Assembly (NCBI GenBank): GCA_963849325.1
Contig: CAWKHF010000002.1
Location: forward strand, 288,001 to 352,000
DNA length: 64,000 nucleotides
Direction: 5' to 3'
Origin: an uncultured Planctomycetota bacterium
Lineage (GTDB): Bacteria; Planctomycetota; Planctomycetia; Gemmatales; Gemmataceae
The position numbers and the translations under genes were made by a program. Positions within the stretch are counted from its first letter, which is position 1. Every line of letters starts with the position of its first letter. The notes under the pieces are model-generated. The model was not told the origin of the DNA, did not search any database, and saw only the letters and a list, made by a program, of their open reading frames with translations. Positions 30,112 through 42,066 of the stretch are shown in pieces.

Positions 30112-31367
30112 GTGTCGCCGACATTCCTTCGCCCGATTCGGGACCGGCTGGCTCGCTATTTCGCCCAACGGCCGCCGTCCAGTCACGTCCTGCTGTGGCT
30201 GCTGCGCGGCTGCTTCGGCGCCATCGTCATCGGCATGGCCATGATCGCCTTCCGCCACTTCAGCGAAGGCCCCGGCGATCCGTCCAACGGCTATCTCGCC
30301 TTCCTGTGCATCCTCGGCGCCGGCCTGCTCATCGTCGTCACCGACGTGCTGATCCGCAACAAGCAGATCACCACGATCTCGGCCATCTACTTCGGCCTGC
30401 TGCTGGGCCTGCTGCTGGGCAACATCCTGTCCACCGCCCTGGAGCCGTTCGTCTTCGACTGGGGCTCGCCGCAGCCGATGCCCGGCCCGAACGCGCGGCT
30501 CGTGGTTCATCCCGACAAGGACGGGGCCTTCCACGTCGAGGTCAGCCCGACGGACGCCGGAGGGACGGGCACGCCGGAGCAGCGCGGCCGGTATCAGCGC
30601 AAGGCCCTGTCGCTCATCATCACCGTCGTCTGCTGCTACATCTGCCATCTCCACGCTGCTGCAGACCAAGGACGAATTCCGCTTCATCATCCCCTACGTG
30701 GAATTCTCCAAGCAGGTCAAGGGCGCCAAGCCGCTGGTCCTGGACACCAGTGTCATCATCGACGGCCGAATTGCCGATATTTGTGATACGCGGTTCATCG
30801 ACACCAAGCTGATCGTGCCGCGCTTCGTGCTGCAGGAGCTGCAGAGCGTCGCCGACAGCTCGGACAAGCTGAAGCGCAACCGCGGCCGGCGCGGCCTGGA
30901 CATGCTCAAGCGGATGCAGAGCAACCCCAAGGTGGAGCTGCAGATGCACGAGGCCAACCTGCCGGAGCTGCGCGACGTGCAGAAGGTGGACGAGCGGCTG
31001 GTGGTGCTGGCCAAGGTGCTGGGCGCCCGCGTGGTGACCAACGACTACAACCTGAACAAGATCGCCCAGCTGCAGGGCGTCGAGGTCATCAACCTCAACG
31101 AGCTGGCCAACGCCCTGAAGTCGGTGGCCCTGCCCGGCGAGACTGATGAGGGTGCGCATGGTCAAGCCGGGCGACCAGATCGGCCAGGGCGTCGGCTACC
31201 TGGAAGACGGCACGATGGTGGTGGTCGAGCAGGGGCGGTCGGTGATCGGCCAGGAAGTGACGATCACCGTGACCAGCGTGCTGCAGACGCCGGCCGGCCG
31301 GATGATCTTCGGCCGCATCGAAGGGCCGTCCCACGCCGGTGCCGGGCACGCACTCCGCCCCGGATGA
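30112..31367 (+). CDS. Membrane PIN/TRAM domain protein (frameshifted; start uncertain)
   Basis: TM region; LDTSVIIDGRI, RGRRGLDML, TNDYNLNK; TRAM QGVGYLEDGTMVVVE..SVLQTPAGRMIF. Confidence 0.9.
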
Positions 31368-31494
31368 CAGCGGTGACAAGCGTGACAAGGCCGAGGAGAA
31401 ACGGTATGACACGGACGACATCCCTTCTCTGGATCGCTCTGTCTGCTGACCTTGCTTGTCGCCTTGTGCACCTTGTCGCCTTGTCGACCTTGTC
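31362..31494. repeat. Degenerate fold-back octamer repeat (GTGACAAG-type ... CTTGTCGC-type)
   Basis: About three GACAAG-type units facing several CTTGTC units. Confidence 0.6.
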
Positions 31495-32162
31495 CTCTGC
31501 CGAGCCAGCCCGCCAAGGGCAAGCGACCCGGCGCGCAAGGGCGACGTCGAGATCGTCGAGCGGCTGCTGGCCGCCCGCAAGGAATACCAGAAGACGCTGG
31601 AGACGCTGCGGGCCCACTACATCAGCACCGGCGACATCGAGCGGGCACGCTGGGCCGAGGAGGAACTGGTGCAGTACCACCGCATCGCCAAGCAGGCCTT
31701 CCGCCTCGAACTGGACGTGCCGCCGCCGACGTTGCAGGCGTAACTACAACATCCCCGAGGCCAACGAGCTGTACCGCCAGGCCATGAAGTACAAGGACAA
31801 GGGCTGGGGCACACGACTACATCGACAACCAGCACCGGGCCGAGCTGCTGTTCCAGCAGCTGCTGACCAACTATCCGCAGAGCGACAAGATCAGCGACGC
31901 CGCCTACCAACTCGGCGACATCTACGAGAGCAAGGCGTACCGGCAGTACGACCGGGCCGCGGACTACTTCGAGCGCTGCTTCCAGTGGAACCCCAAGACG
32001 CACTTCGACGCCCGCCTCCGCGCCGCCCGGCTCTACGAGCGCTACCAGAGCGAACGCAGCCACGCCATCGAGATCTACAAGGAGATCACCACGCACGAGA
32101 CCGATCCCAAGCGCATCGAGGAAGCGCAGAAGCGGCTGACGGAATTGAGCGGCAAAAAGTGA
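31456..32162 (+). CDS. TPR/BamD(YfiO)-like protein (frameshifted; start uncertain)
   Basis: DVEIVERLLAARKEY..; LLTNYPQSDKISDAAYQLGDIYE..YFERCFQWNP..ARLYE helical repeats. Confidence 0.7.
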
Positions 32163-32272
32163 CGAGGTTGAGCCGCTTGCGGCTTAGCGTCCAGCCGCGC
32201 GCTTCATCCAATCACCGCCCAGTCCTCGTCATCCGTCAACGGCTCATGCCCAATCCATACTTTAACAATAGT

Positions 32273-32785
32273 TCATTTGGGGGTGGGGAGGACGAGGCTA
32301 CTCGTACTGAGGCACCAAGGGTAGGGCCCAGTAGCGCTCGAAGTCGCAGGAGGGGAGGGCACCACCGCGCGGCTCGTCGCCGGAGCGACCGCCTTGAAAC
32401 GACCGTTCCATACATCGTCCTTGCTGTTCACCTCGTGACACTTCAGATCGCGGATAATTAACGCCCCCTCGTCGATGCGAAAGCGGCAGCTGAACGGCGC
32501 GTCGAAGAACGGTCGAGCGGAATCGTCGTCTTCCTCGTATTCGAGGCTGGTGACGACGCCGTAAAGAACGCCGTCCTTGGTCATGCTGTAGTCGGCGTGG
32601 AGGGTGCAGGGCTGTTCGCCGACGAACGCGGCGTGCAGCCGATTGTCCTCGACGATCAGGGTGACGTGACTCTTGCCGATCTTGCGTTCCCACTTGCCGA
32701 TCGGCTTGGGAATCTGCTGCGCGTGCAAGGCGCCCAGGCTCGCCAACCAGACCGCCAGCGTCAGGGTGAGTTTCGCCATCGCCAT
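32273..32785 (-). CDS. Secreted hypothetical protein
   Basis: Signal peptide, GGAGG SD, beta-rich domain. Confidence 0.65.
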   Translation of the reverse strand: MAMAKLTLTLAVWLASLGALHAQQIPKPIGKWERKIGKSHVTLIVEDNRLHAAFVGEQPCTLHADYSMTKDGVLYGVVTSLEYEEDDDSARPFFDAPFSCRFRIDEGALIIRDLKCHEVNSKDDVWNGRFKAVAPATSRAVVPSPPATSSATGPYPWCLSTSSLVLPTPK

Positions 32786-32860
32786 GCCTCCTTCTGGGGG
32801 ACCGGATCAAACCGGGCGGGAGGTTACGGAGTCGGCGGACGAAAAGCAAGGCGGACTCGG

Positions 32861-33263
32861 TCACGGTTTATCGGCCTGGGTCGTTAGCGCGTCGAGGACG
32901 TTTTCGACGCCCTCGGTGGTACGGGCCAATTGCACGGCCCGGATGCGCTGCGCGAGGTCGGTCACGCTGCCGCGCAGCTCGACCACGCCTGGCCCGACCG
33001 TCCGCACCTGCACGTCGGACCCGCTCATGTCCTTGTCCCAACGCAACCGCACGCGCGACACGGCTATCCGGGCTTGATTCGCTAACGCAGCCGCGTACCG
33101 CGCCCCAGCCGTTGTGCAGTCGGCCGCGAATGCCCTCCGTGAGGCCGTCGAACTTGGCGGCAGTCCGATGGCAGACGCGCGCCAGCCGGTCGGCATCCTG
33201 ACTGCAACCGCAAGCCGCCAACGTCAACCCGAGGACCAGCCCCACTTTGCCGTGTCCGCCCAT
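32861..33263 (-). CDS. BON domain lipoprotein (frameshifted)
   Basis: LAACGC lipobox; RLRWDK..VVELRGSV..RAVQLARTTEGVENVLDAL. Confidence 0.8.
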
Positions 33264-33359
33264 CTTGCGCACTCCTGGCACCGAGTCCTGATTCGCCGCC
33301 CAGCGGTGCCGAGTATGGCGCGGCAGGCGACGGCAGACAAGGGCAGAACAGAGGCCACG

Positions 33360-33433
33360 TCCGAGCCTGAAGCGTAAGCGAAGTCACGACAACCGAAGGT
33401 TATCGTTCTCTTCGCTTACGCTTCAGGCTCGGA
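33360..33433. repeat. REP-like palindrome family A copy
   Basis: Same arms as 9679-9732 with a longer spacer. Confidence 0.9.
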
Positions 33434-33495
33434 GGAGCTTGACAGTCCGCCCCCTCGCCCGCCATGCTGAGGGCGTCCTGCACGGGAGGTTTACC

Positions 33496-33861
33496 ATGAG
33501 CAAGCCAGACCTCAAGGTCTACGCCGAGTCCGACATCCCGGCCCTGCTCCAGGAACGGCACCTGGACGGCTGGTATCTGGAAGACGGTTGGCTGCGGCGC
33601 AAGTACAACACCGACGGTTGGCCGACGACGCTGATGCTGGTCAACGCCATCGGCTACCTGTGTGAGGCGGCGTACCACCACGCCGACTTGAGCGTCACCT
33701 GGGGCAAACTGTGGGTGAAGCTGAAGACGCACTCGGCGGGCGGCATTACCGACAAGGATTTCGCCCTCGCTCAGAAGATCGAGGAAGTCGCACTATGGCG
33801 GCCGCAGCCGGGCGGCCCGCTCGAAGGAACGCCGCACCCGTTCGTCCACAGTAAGAAATGA
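33496..33861 (+). CDS. Pterin-4-alpha-carbinolamine dehydratase
   Basis: EAAYHHADL, LKTHSAGGITDKDFALA. Confidence 0.9.
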   Translation: MSKPDLKVYAESDIPALLQERHLDGWYLEDGWLRRKYNTDGWPTTLMLVNAIGYLCEAAYHHADLSVTWGKLWVKLKTHSAGGITDKDFALAQKIEEVALWRPQPGGPLEGTPHPFVHSKK

Positions 33862-33885
33862 TTCGCCGCTGGCGGCGAGAAAGCC

Positions 33886-34931
33886 ATGCTCAAGGTTGGT
33901 TCCCTGGAATTGCCCTCGCGTTACTTGCTGGCGCCTCTGGCCGGCTACACGAACCTGTCGTTCCGCCTGGCGGTGCGCGCCTGGGCGGACTCGGCCTGGC
34001 GACGACCGACCTCGTCAACGCCCGCGCTCTGCTGCAAGCCAGCCGCAAGACGATGGAGTTGATCCAGACCTGTCCCGAGGACCGGCCGGTGGCCGTGCAG
34101 ATTTACGGAACCAACGCCATCGAGATGCGCGACGCCGCCAGCTGGCTCGAAGACTACGGCGTTTCGGCGGTGGACATCAACATGGGCTGCCCGGTCCACA
34201 AGGTCGTTCGCGGCGGCGGCGGCTCGGCCATGATGTGCGATGCCGTCAACACCATCGAGCTGGTCCGCACCATCGTCGAGGGCGTGCGCCTGCCGGTGAC
34301 GGTCAAGATGCGCCTGGGCTGGGACGACGACAATCTGAGTGCTCCGTTCTTCGCCCGCGAGTTCGAGAAGGTCGGCGTCGCCGCCGTGACCATCCACGGT
34401 CGCACTCGCGCCCAGGGCTTTCGCGGCGGCGTCAACCTCGACGGCATCCGGGCCGTGGTCGAGGCGGTCCAGCGCATTCCCATCCTCGGCAACGGCGATG
34501 TGCGCACCCTCGCCGACGCCGAGCATATGCGTCGGACGACCGGCTGCGCCGGCGTGGCCATCGGCCGCGGCGCCCTGCTCAATCCGTGGATCTTCACTCA
34601 GCTTCAGCGTCAGGAGGCGACCGGCGCGGCGGGACCGCCGGCGACCTATCGGCAGCGGCTGGAGTTCATGGATCGTCACTTCCATTTGCTGGTCGAACAT
34701 CGCGGCGAACGCTTCGCCTGCCTGACCTTCCGCAAGGTGGCCAACTGGTATTGCCGCGTGCTGCGGCCGGGGCGCGACATTCAGCAACGTCTGATGGTGA
34801 TCGAGAGCGTGAAGGCATTCGAGCGGATCGTCGAGCAAATCGGCGATCTTCTGGAGCATCGCACCGGCCAGGATTGGCCCGACGCGGAGCTTCCCGTCCG
34901 CGTTCCGAGTGGCCCCGTCGAGCGCTGGTGA
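33886..34931 (+). CDS. dusB: tRNA-dihydrouridine synthase (5' frameshifts)
   Basis: LAPLAGYT, DINMGCP, VTVKMRLGW, TIHGRT, GNGDV, IGRGA. Confidence 0.9.
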
Positions 34932-34933
34932 GA

Positions 34934-35680
34934 TCAAACGCTCGGCGCTTCCAGAACGCGGCGCCATCGCTCCGGCACGCTGCGGAAGGCGCCTTGATAG
35001 GTGACTTCCAGAGGCGTCGGGACGTAGCGACCCGGCGCGAAGAACAACGGCATGTCGGGCAGCGCGTCGCCAACGGCGATCGGCTCGACGTAGGCCGTTT
35101 TCGTTAATCCCGCATGGTAGGCGGCCAGCGTCAGCGGTTTGTCGGCGGGCCGGCGATAGGAATCGTCCTCGATTTCCTCCCAGATCGATCCGTGAATGCC
35201 CTGCGGATCGCGCGGACCGGACGGCTGCAGATCGAGGATGAGCAAATGATAGCCGCGTAAGAGGGTCTCGGCCGCCTTCTCCACGAACGAGCGCAGTCGG
35301 TGACGACTGGCCTTGTTCCCCGGTGAAACGATCTCCACCATCGCCACGATCCGATCGCCGCTGCTGTGGCGCACGATCAGTGTGCTCTGTTTCTGTGTGT
35401 ACCGCTCCATCTCTGTTTGCGCGATGAAATGCACACGCGGCGGTGCCACTTCCGTGGTTACGCCCCCAGCCGCTTCCTCGGGGTCCGGTCCGATAGCAGG
35501 CGAATCGAATTGCAAGGCTAGGACATCCGGGCCGGCATCCCCCGCGATTTGCTCGCCGAGGGCGTAGTAATTCGACGGCAGCAATCCGTCGTTGAGGGCG
35601 TCGGCGATCTGACCAATCCAACGATTATGAAAATGGTGAAAAATGCCGGCGTTAACGCGGGTCCAGTCGTGAACGGGCAT
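34934..35680 (-). CDS. DUF4058 family protein
   Basis: MPVHDWTRVNAGIFHHFH, EIVSPGNK, HLLILDL, LPDMPLF. Confidence 0.85.
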   Translation of the reverse strand: MPVHDWTRVNAGIFHHFHNRWIGQIADALNDGLLPSNYYALGEQIAGDAGPDVLALQFDSPAIGPDPEEAAGGVTTEVAPPRVHFIAQTEMERYTQKQSTLIVRHSSGDRIVAMVEIVSPGNKASRHRLRSFVEKAAETLLRGYHLLILDLQPSGPRDPQGIHGSIWEEIEDDSYRRPADKPLTLAAYHAGLTKTAYVEPIAVGDALPDMPLFFAPGRYVPTPLEVTYQGAFRSVPERWRRVLEAPSV

Positions 35681-35845
35681 GGCTCCTCCTCCTCGGGTGA
35701 TCCCGTTTGACTCTGCCTTCCGAGATTATACACCTCGCCCGCTCGTCGCCCCAAAAGGGTTGTGACCGATCCGCCGCCGGAGTATCTTGTCAATGTGTCC
35801 TCCGGCGCTCCCTATCTCCGCGACGACCTCCCAGAGGAACGTATC

Positions 35846-36049
35846 ATGAGTAGCGAAGTTTCCGTCGATCGCCAGCAGCAGAAGGTCACTGAATTCTTGC
35901 GTCTGCTGCCCTTGACCATGGAAATCGCCGGCCTGCCGAAGTCGGAGCTGGGCCGGCACTTCAACGACGGCCAAATGGAAGTGCGGGCCTCCACGCTGAA
36001 AATGGCCTACAAATACGCCCGCCAACTCATCCTCGACGTGGCGAAGTGA
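35846..36049 (+). CDS. Small hypothetical protein
   Basis: GAGGA SD; QKVTEFLRLLPLTMEIAGLP..FNDGQME. Confidence 0.7.
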   Translation: MSSEVSVDRQQQKVTEFLRLLPLTMEIAGLPKSELGRHFNDGQMEVRASTLKMAYKYARQLILDVAK

Positions 36050-36144
36050 GTAAGCCCGCCGATAGTCTTGCGGGCGGCCCGTCCGCAAGACTATCGGCGG
36101 GCGAGACGCCCGCGCTCCGCGTCGGGGTGAAACGGATGGGCGCC

Positions 36145-37246
36145 TCAAAAGATGACGCGGAATTTCGCCACGGCATCGGCATCGACCTCCAGGCCAAGGC
36201 CGGGCCGCGGCGGCGGCACCAGGCGTCCCTGCTCGATTCGCGGCGGCGCCGTGAACAGCGGATACAGCCACGGCATGTACTCCACGCTGGTCACGGCCGG
36301 CAGACCGCAGGCCAGGTGGACGCCGACCTCCGGCAGCAGGTGCGGCGACAACGGCCGATGATGCAGTTCGGCCAGGACCGCCACCTTCAGCCAACCCGTC
36401 AAACCGCCTAGCCGCGTCACGTCCGGCTGCACCACGGCCAGGGCGTCGCGCTCCAGGTACGAGCGAAATTCGTCGAGTCCAAACAGCATCTCGCCGCCGG
36501 CGATGGCAATTTCCAGTTTCGACGCCAGCCGAGCATGGCCATCGCACATCCTCGCAAGTGATCGGCTCCTCGAACCAATCGGCGCCGATCTCCTCCTCGA
36601 AGAAATGACCCATCGCCAGGGCGGTGCCGTAGTCGTAGCGCTCGTTGGCATCGACGCCCAGCCAAACGTCGTCGCCCAGTGCCTCGCGGATTCGCGTCAG
36701 CCGATCGGCGTCCGCCTCGGGGTCGGCGCCGACCTTGACCTTGATGCCCATCATGCCCTGGTCGAGGTACGGCCGCGAGGCGTCGAGGATCTGCTCGGGA
36801 CTCATCCACAGCCAGGCCGTGTCCGAGCCGTAGGCCGGGGCCGACTCGCGGGCGCCGCCGAGCAGCTTGTACAGCGGCAGGCTGGCCGCCTTGCCCTTGA
36901 GGTCCCACAGGGCCACGTCGATCGCCGAGTACGCCTGCTGTACCAGGCCGCGCCGGCCGACCGTCTGCAAGCGCCAGTACACCTTCGCCGCCAGCCGTTC
37001 GTGGTCCAGGGCGTCCTCGCCGACGACCAGCGGGGCCAGGTCGTCCTCGGCGATCGCCAGCAGTGCCCGGCCACTGCCCTGCAGGGCGTAGGCGAAGCCA
37101 AGTCCGCTCAGACCCGCGTCCGTGTGGACGTGGACGAGCAGGACGACGATGTGGTTGAGCCGGCCCGCGGCGGCCTCGGTCGGCGAGGCGCGCGGCCGGG
37201 ACAGCGGGACGTGCAAAAGCTGATTATCAACTCGGACGATCCGCAT
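36145..37246 (-). CDS. Mandelate racemase/muconate lactonizing enzyme family protein (frameshifted near 36540)
   Basis: SAIDVALWDLKGK, KVKVG, VDAN, WFEEP, GGE, QPD..GGLT, PGLG. Confidence 0.9.
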
Positions 37247-37259
37247 GGTCTCTCATTCC

Positions 37260-39230
37260 TCAGCCTTGATTCGCGGGTTCACTTCCCCGAAGGGGTCCAG
37301 GTTGGCGGGGGCATCGGGGGCGAGCGGCAGTAAGCCTTTGTCGGCCGGGGCACCGTCCGCCAAAATCGAACGCGGGGATCAGCCCGCGCAGCCGCTGGCC
37401 GACGACACTGTGCGGCCGGCCGTAACTGAAGTAGATCACCAGTCCAACCACCAGCCAGACCACCAGACGAATCCACGTATCCAGCGGCAAGAACAACATC
37501 ATAATCAAGTTGACGACGATGCCGAGCGGGCCGACCACGAACAACAGCGGCGTGCGGAACGGCCGCACCGCGTTCGGCCGGCGGATGCGCAGGAGCAGGA
37601 CAGCGGCGCAGACGATGACGAAGGCCATCAGCGTGCCGATGTTGACCATCTCCTCCAGCTTGGTGATGGGCGTGAAGGCGGCCACCAGCGAGATGAGGCC
37701 GCCGGTCAACATGGTCGAGCGGTGCGGCGTACGGAAGCGCGGATGGATGGCGGCGAAGATGCCCGGCGGCAGCAGGCGATCGCGGGCCATGGCCAGGAAG
37801 ATGCGCGCCTGGCTGAGAAAGGTAATCATCAGCACGCTGGTCATGCCGGCCAGGGCGCCGACGGAGATGAGCAGGGCGGCCCAGCGCAGGAAGCCGGCGT
37901 TGGCTTGCCCCGCCGCCTTCTGTCGAAACGCCGCCGCCACTGCCGCCTCGGAGCTGATCTCCGGGTACGGCACCATGCCGGTGATGACCGCGGCCACGCC
38001 GATGTACAGCACCGTACACAGCACCAGCGAAGCGAGGATGGCGATGGGCACGTCGCGCTGCGGCCGCTGTGCCTCCTCGGAGTGCGTCGAGATGGCGTCG
38101 AAACCGATGTAGGCGAAGAACACGATCGACGCCCCGAAAATGATGCCGGCCAGACCGTAGGGCATGAACGGCGAACGCACCGAGTCGTCGATCGACTCCA
38201 GACGCTGGTTCAGCCCCATCAGGCCGAGGATGCCCCATTTTTCCGTCGATTTCTCCGGGGCCTTCTCCTTGGCCCCGGCCAACACCTTCGCCACCAGCGC
38301 CTTGTCGTCGTCGTTTCTGCGGCAGGGCGGGTCCGTAAACCGTCTCCGCCTGCTGAACCATCTCGGCGGCCTTCTCCGCGGTGTGCTTGTGTTCGGTCAG
38401 CATGTGCTCGGCCACCTTCTTGCGGAGGGCCAGCTTGTAGACGGCGAAGCGCCTGGCTCGGCGATCTGCTGCGTCCGTTGCTTGGCCGCCTCGCCCTGCA
38501 AATGTTCCTCCTTCTCCACGACCTCCTTGGCCTGCGCCGAGATCAGCAATTCCTCCGGCAGCACGCGATCCGTGACCGGCACCTCGGTCCAGTTGCGGCG
38601 TGCTGACGAAGCCGATGCCGGCGGCGAGGACGAACAGCACCACGCCGACCTTGACGGCCACCAGCACGGCGTTGGTGGTGGCGCTCTCGCGGATGCCGAT
38701 GACGAGGATGACCGTCACGGCCAGAGTGATGAGCAGGGCCGGCAGATTGAACCAGGCACCGGCGGTGGAGAACGGGTCCGCAGCACAAGTGGGCCGGTAC
38801 CTGCAAGCCGAAAAAGAGCAGAAATTCATTGAGGTATTTCGACCACGACGCGGCGACGCAGGCGCAGGCCATGGCGTATTCGAGGACCAGATCCCAGCCG
38901 ATGATCCAGGCGAACAGCTCGCCGAGCGTGGCGTAGGCGTAGGTGTAGGCGCTGCCGGCGACCGGGGCCATGGAGGCGAACTCGGCGTAGCAGAGGGCGG
39001 CGAACAGACAGCCGATGCCGGCCACGACGAACGACAGCACGACGGCCGGACCCGGCGTCCTGGGCGGCGACGCGGCCGGTCATGACGAAGATGCCGGCGC
39101 CGATGATGGCGCCGACGCCCAGCGCGGTCAGGGAGATCGGACCGAGCACGCGGCGCAGGCGGTTCTCGCCCTCGACCTCCGCCTGCAGCATCTCCAGCGA
39201 TTTCGTGGCGAACAGTTGTTTCCAGAACAT
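37260..39230 (-). CDS. APC family amino acid permease (frameshifted)
   Basis: LGVGAIIGAGIFV, CYAEFASMAPVAGSAYTY, FFAYIGFD, MARDRLLP, NIGTLMAF. Confidence 0.92.
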
Positions 39231-39243
39231 GGAATCCCTCTCG

Positions 39244-39332
39244 GTTTGACCCGTTCGTTTAGCCGCGACGCGCAGCGGAGCGCGAGGCTGTCGCACTCCG
39301 CTGCGCGTCGCGGCTAAACGAACGGGTCAAAC
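39244..39332. repeat. REP-like palindrome family D (TTTAGCCGCGACGCGCAGCGGAG)
   Basis: Long near-perfect inverted repeat; second copy at 53899-53946. Confidence 0.9.
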
Positions 39333-39774
39333 GTCCTTCGTATCGAGGATCAGAGTCACCGGCCCCTCGTTGACCAGCTCCACCTGCATCATCGCCCCGA
39401 AGCGGCCGGTCGCCACCGGCAGCCCGAGGGCGCGCACCGCGTTGACAAACGCCTCGTACAAGCGGCACGGCGATCTCCGGCGGAGCGGCGCCGACGAAAC
39501 TCGGCCGCCGGCCCTTGCGGCAGTCGCCGTACAGCGTGAACTGACTGACGACCAGCACGCCGCCGCCGACGTCGGCCACGCCGAGGTTCATCTTGCCGTC
39601 GTCGTCGTTGAAGATGCGCAGGCCGACCACCTTCTCCGCCAGCCATTGCACGTCGGCCGCCGTGTCGGTCGGGGCCACGCCCAGCAGCACGAGCAGGCCA
39701 CGCTCGATGGCGCCGAGCGTCTCGCCGTCGATGACGACGGCGGCCCGGCTGACGCGCTGCAAGACGGCTCGCAT
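39327..39774 (-). CDS. dtd: D-aminoacyl-tRNA deacylase (3' frameshift)
   Basis: [32 protein letters not shown] in another frame. Confidence 0.95.
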
Positions 39775-39878
39775 GGAGTTCCCCTTCGGTCGATTGAACG
39801 ATGATTATAGCGACGACGGCACGCCGAGGCGCGATCCATTTCCGTTCGCCCAACTTTGACTGTTGAACGACAATAGAA

Positions 39879-41629
39879 ATGTCCGGTCTTCATGTTCTGG
39901 AAATGCTGGAAGACCGCACGTTGTTGTCCGCCGCGCCGGCCGTGTCGTACCTGCAAACGCCCTTGAACTTCCAGGCCAACGTCGGCCAGGCCGATCCCTC
40001 CGCTCAGTTTATCTCGCAGGGCAATGGCTACTCGCTGGCCCTGACCGCCACCGAGGCCACCCTCGCTGTGCTGCCTGTCTCCGCCGCCGCTCCACCGACT
40101 CCCGGCCAGACATCCCCGCCGCCGCCGACGACGCCGACGCTCATGCACATGCAGCTGGTCGGCGGCAACGCTTCGGCGCAGGGCACGGCCCTGGACGAGC
40201 AGACGGCCAAGACCAACTACGAGATCGGCAGCGATCCCAGCCAGTGGCGCATGAACGTGGCCAACTACGGCGAGGTGCAGTACCAGGGTGTCTACCAGGG
40301 GATCAATGTCGTTTACCACGGCAGCAATCAGCAGCAGTTGGAGTACGACTTCACGGTGGCGCCGGCGCCAACGCGAGCCGGATCCAGTTGCAGTTCACGG
40401 GCCAGCAAAGCATGTCCGTGGACGCGCAAGGGGACCTGGTGTTGCACACGGCGGCCGGCGACGTGGTTGAGCAGGCGCCGGTGGCCTACCAGATGATCGA
40501 TGGCGTGCGTCAGGCGGTATCGGTGCGTTACGTGCTGGAGGGGAACGGCCAGGTCGGTTTCGCCGTGGGCAGTTACGACCCTAGCCAGGCGCTGGTGATC
40601 GACCCGGTCCTCAGCTACTCCACCCTCATCGGTGGCAGCGACTTCGACGAGGGCTACGGAATCGCGTTGGACACCTCCGGCAACATCTACATCACCGGCG
40701 CAACCTACTCCTCCTCCTTCCCCGGCACCAACCAGACCAACGCGGGCAACAACGACGCCTTCGTGTCCGAGTTGGTCAGCGCTGCCGTTGTGACGGACGT
40801 GACCACGACGCTGGCGTCCAACAGCACCCTCGGCACCGGGAAGACGGTCACCATCGACGTGGACTTCATCGAGGCGGTCGATGTCAACACCACCGGCGGT
40901 ACGCCGACGCTGGCTCTCAACGATAGCGCGGGCTCGCTGGCCCACTACAGCGGCGGCAGTGGCACCAGCACGCTGCAATTCAGCTTCAGCGTGCCCGCCG
41001 GCGATACCGCCGCTCCGCTCGATTCCACGGGCACCGACGCGCTCGCTCTTAACGGCGGCACCATCACCGATGATCCCTCGGACGGCGACAGCAACGCGGC
41101 CACCCTCACCCTGCCATCTCCGGCGGGAAGCGGAGATGACCTTTACGCGGACAACATCACCATCGACGCCACCACGCCGACGGTGACGAGCGTGAGCACG
41201 ACCACCGCCGCCGGCACCTACGGACCCAACGCCACGGTCAACATCGACGTGAACTTCAGCGAGAACGTCCAGGTCACCGACACACCAACCTTGACGCTCA
41301 ACGACGGCCAGACGGCCAGCTACAGCAGCGGCAGCGGCACGAGTACGCTGGTATTCACCTACACGGTGGCCAAGGGAGACACCACCAACGGCGCCAACCT
41401 CGATTATGCGTCGGCCACGGCGTTGAGCGGCACGATCCACAACGCGGGCGGCGTGGCGGCCACGCGGACGCTGCCGATCCCTGGCTCGGACAGCGACACC
41501 TTCGGCACCACCGGCATCCTCATCGATGCCACCACGCCGACGGTGGCCAGGGTGGCCTCGACGCTACCCAAGCCGAACGGTGACGAAAAAAAGTTTCAAG
41601 AACCTTTTCCTATCCGAAAAGGTTCATGA
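39879..41629 (+). CDS. LEPRxLL surface protein with SBBP-type and Ig-like/T-rich repeats (frameshifted, probably truncated)
   Basis: LEMLEDRTLLS; FQANVGQ, LEYDF, LVIDPVLSYST; repeated GTPTLALND..YSGGSGTSTLxF units. Confidence 0.75.
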
Positions 41630-41717
41630 CATTTTCTTTCCTCCGATTGATTCCTCCGGCGTAAAAGAACCGCACAAGAGAGCCACGAAGAACACGAATA
41701 TGAACCACTAAGATTCT

Positions 41718-41820
41718 GTCCCCTACGGGTTGTGGCGGCACGTTTCCAACGTGCCGGAGGGCCGGAGAATCCAGCAGATCGGCACGTTGAAAACGTGCCG
41801 CCACAACCCGTAGGGGACAG
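41718..41820. repeat. REP-like palindrome (GTGGCGGCACGTTTyCAACGTGCC family)
   Basis: CCCTACGGGTTGTGGCGGCACGTT...AACGTGCCGCCACAACCCGTAGGG. Confidence 0.85.
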
Positions 41821-41834
41821 ACTTTAACTTTATG

Positions 41835-41901
41835 GGCGAACGGCCGGCGTAAGCCGGTTGGTGGGCGGGACGTACCAGCCGGCTTACGCCGGCCGTTCGC
41901 C
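41835..41901. repeat. REP-like palindrome (GGCGAACGGCCGGCGTAAGCCGG family)
   Basis: Near-perfect inverted repeat. Confidence 0.85.
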
Positions 41902-42066
41902 ATTTCCGTGGTGAAGATCTTTCCGGCGTAATACGGCCTCGCCGTCGTCCTCTTCGCCAACCTTTGTATTGCGGCTTTCCCCCGACGCGGGCTACAATGC
42001 CTCCCATGCGGACCCTCGGATAAGGAACGTCCCCGCCGCCACCCCTCAGGTGCTTCGTGTCCACGG

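Noticed and set aside
31741-31743. TAA in the TPR gene as a recoding event
   Set aside because: The downstream coding sequence continues in a different frame, so this is an indel rather than readthrough
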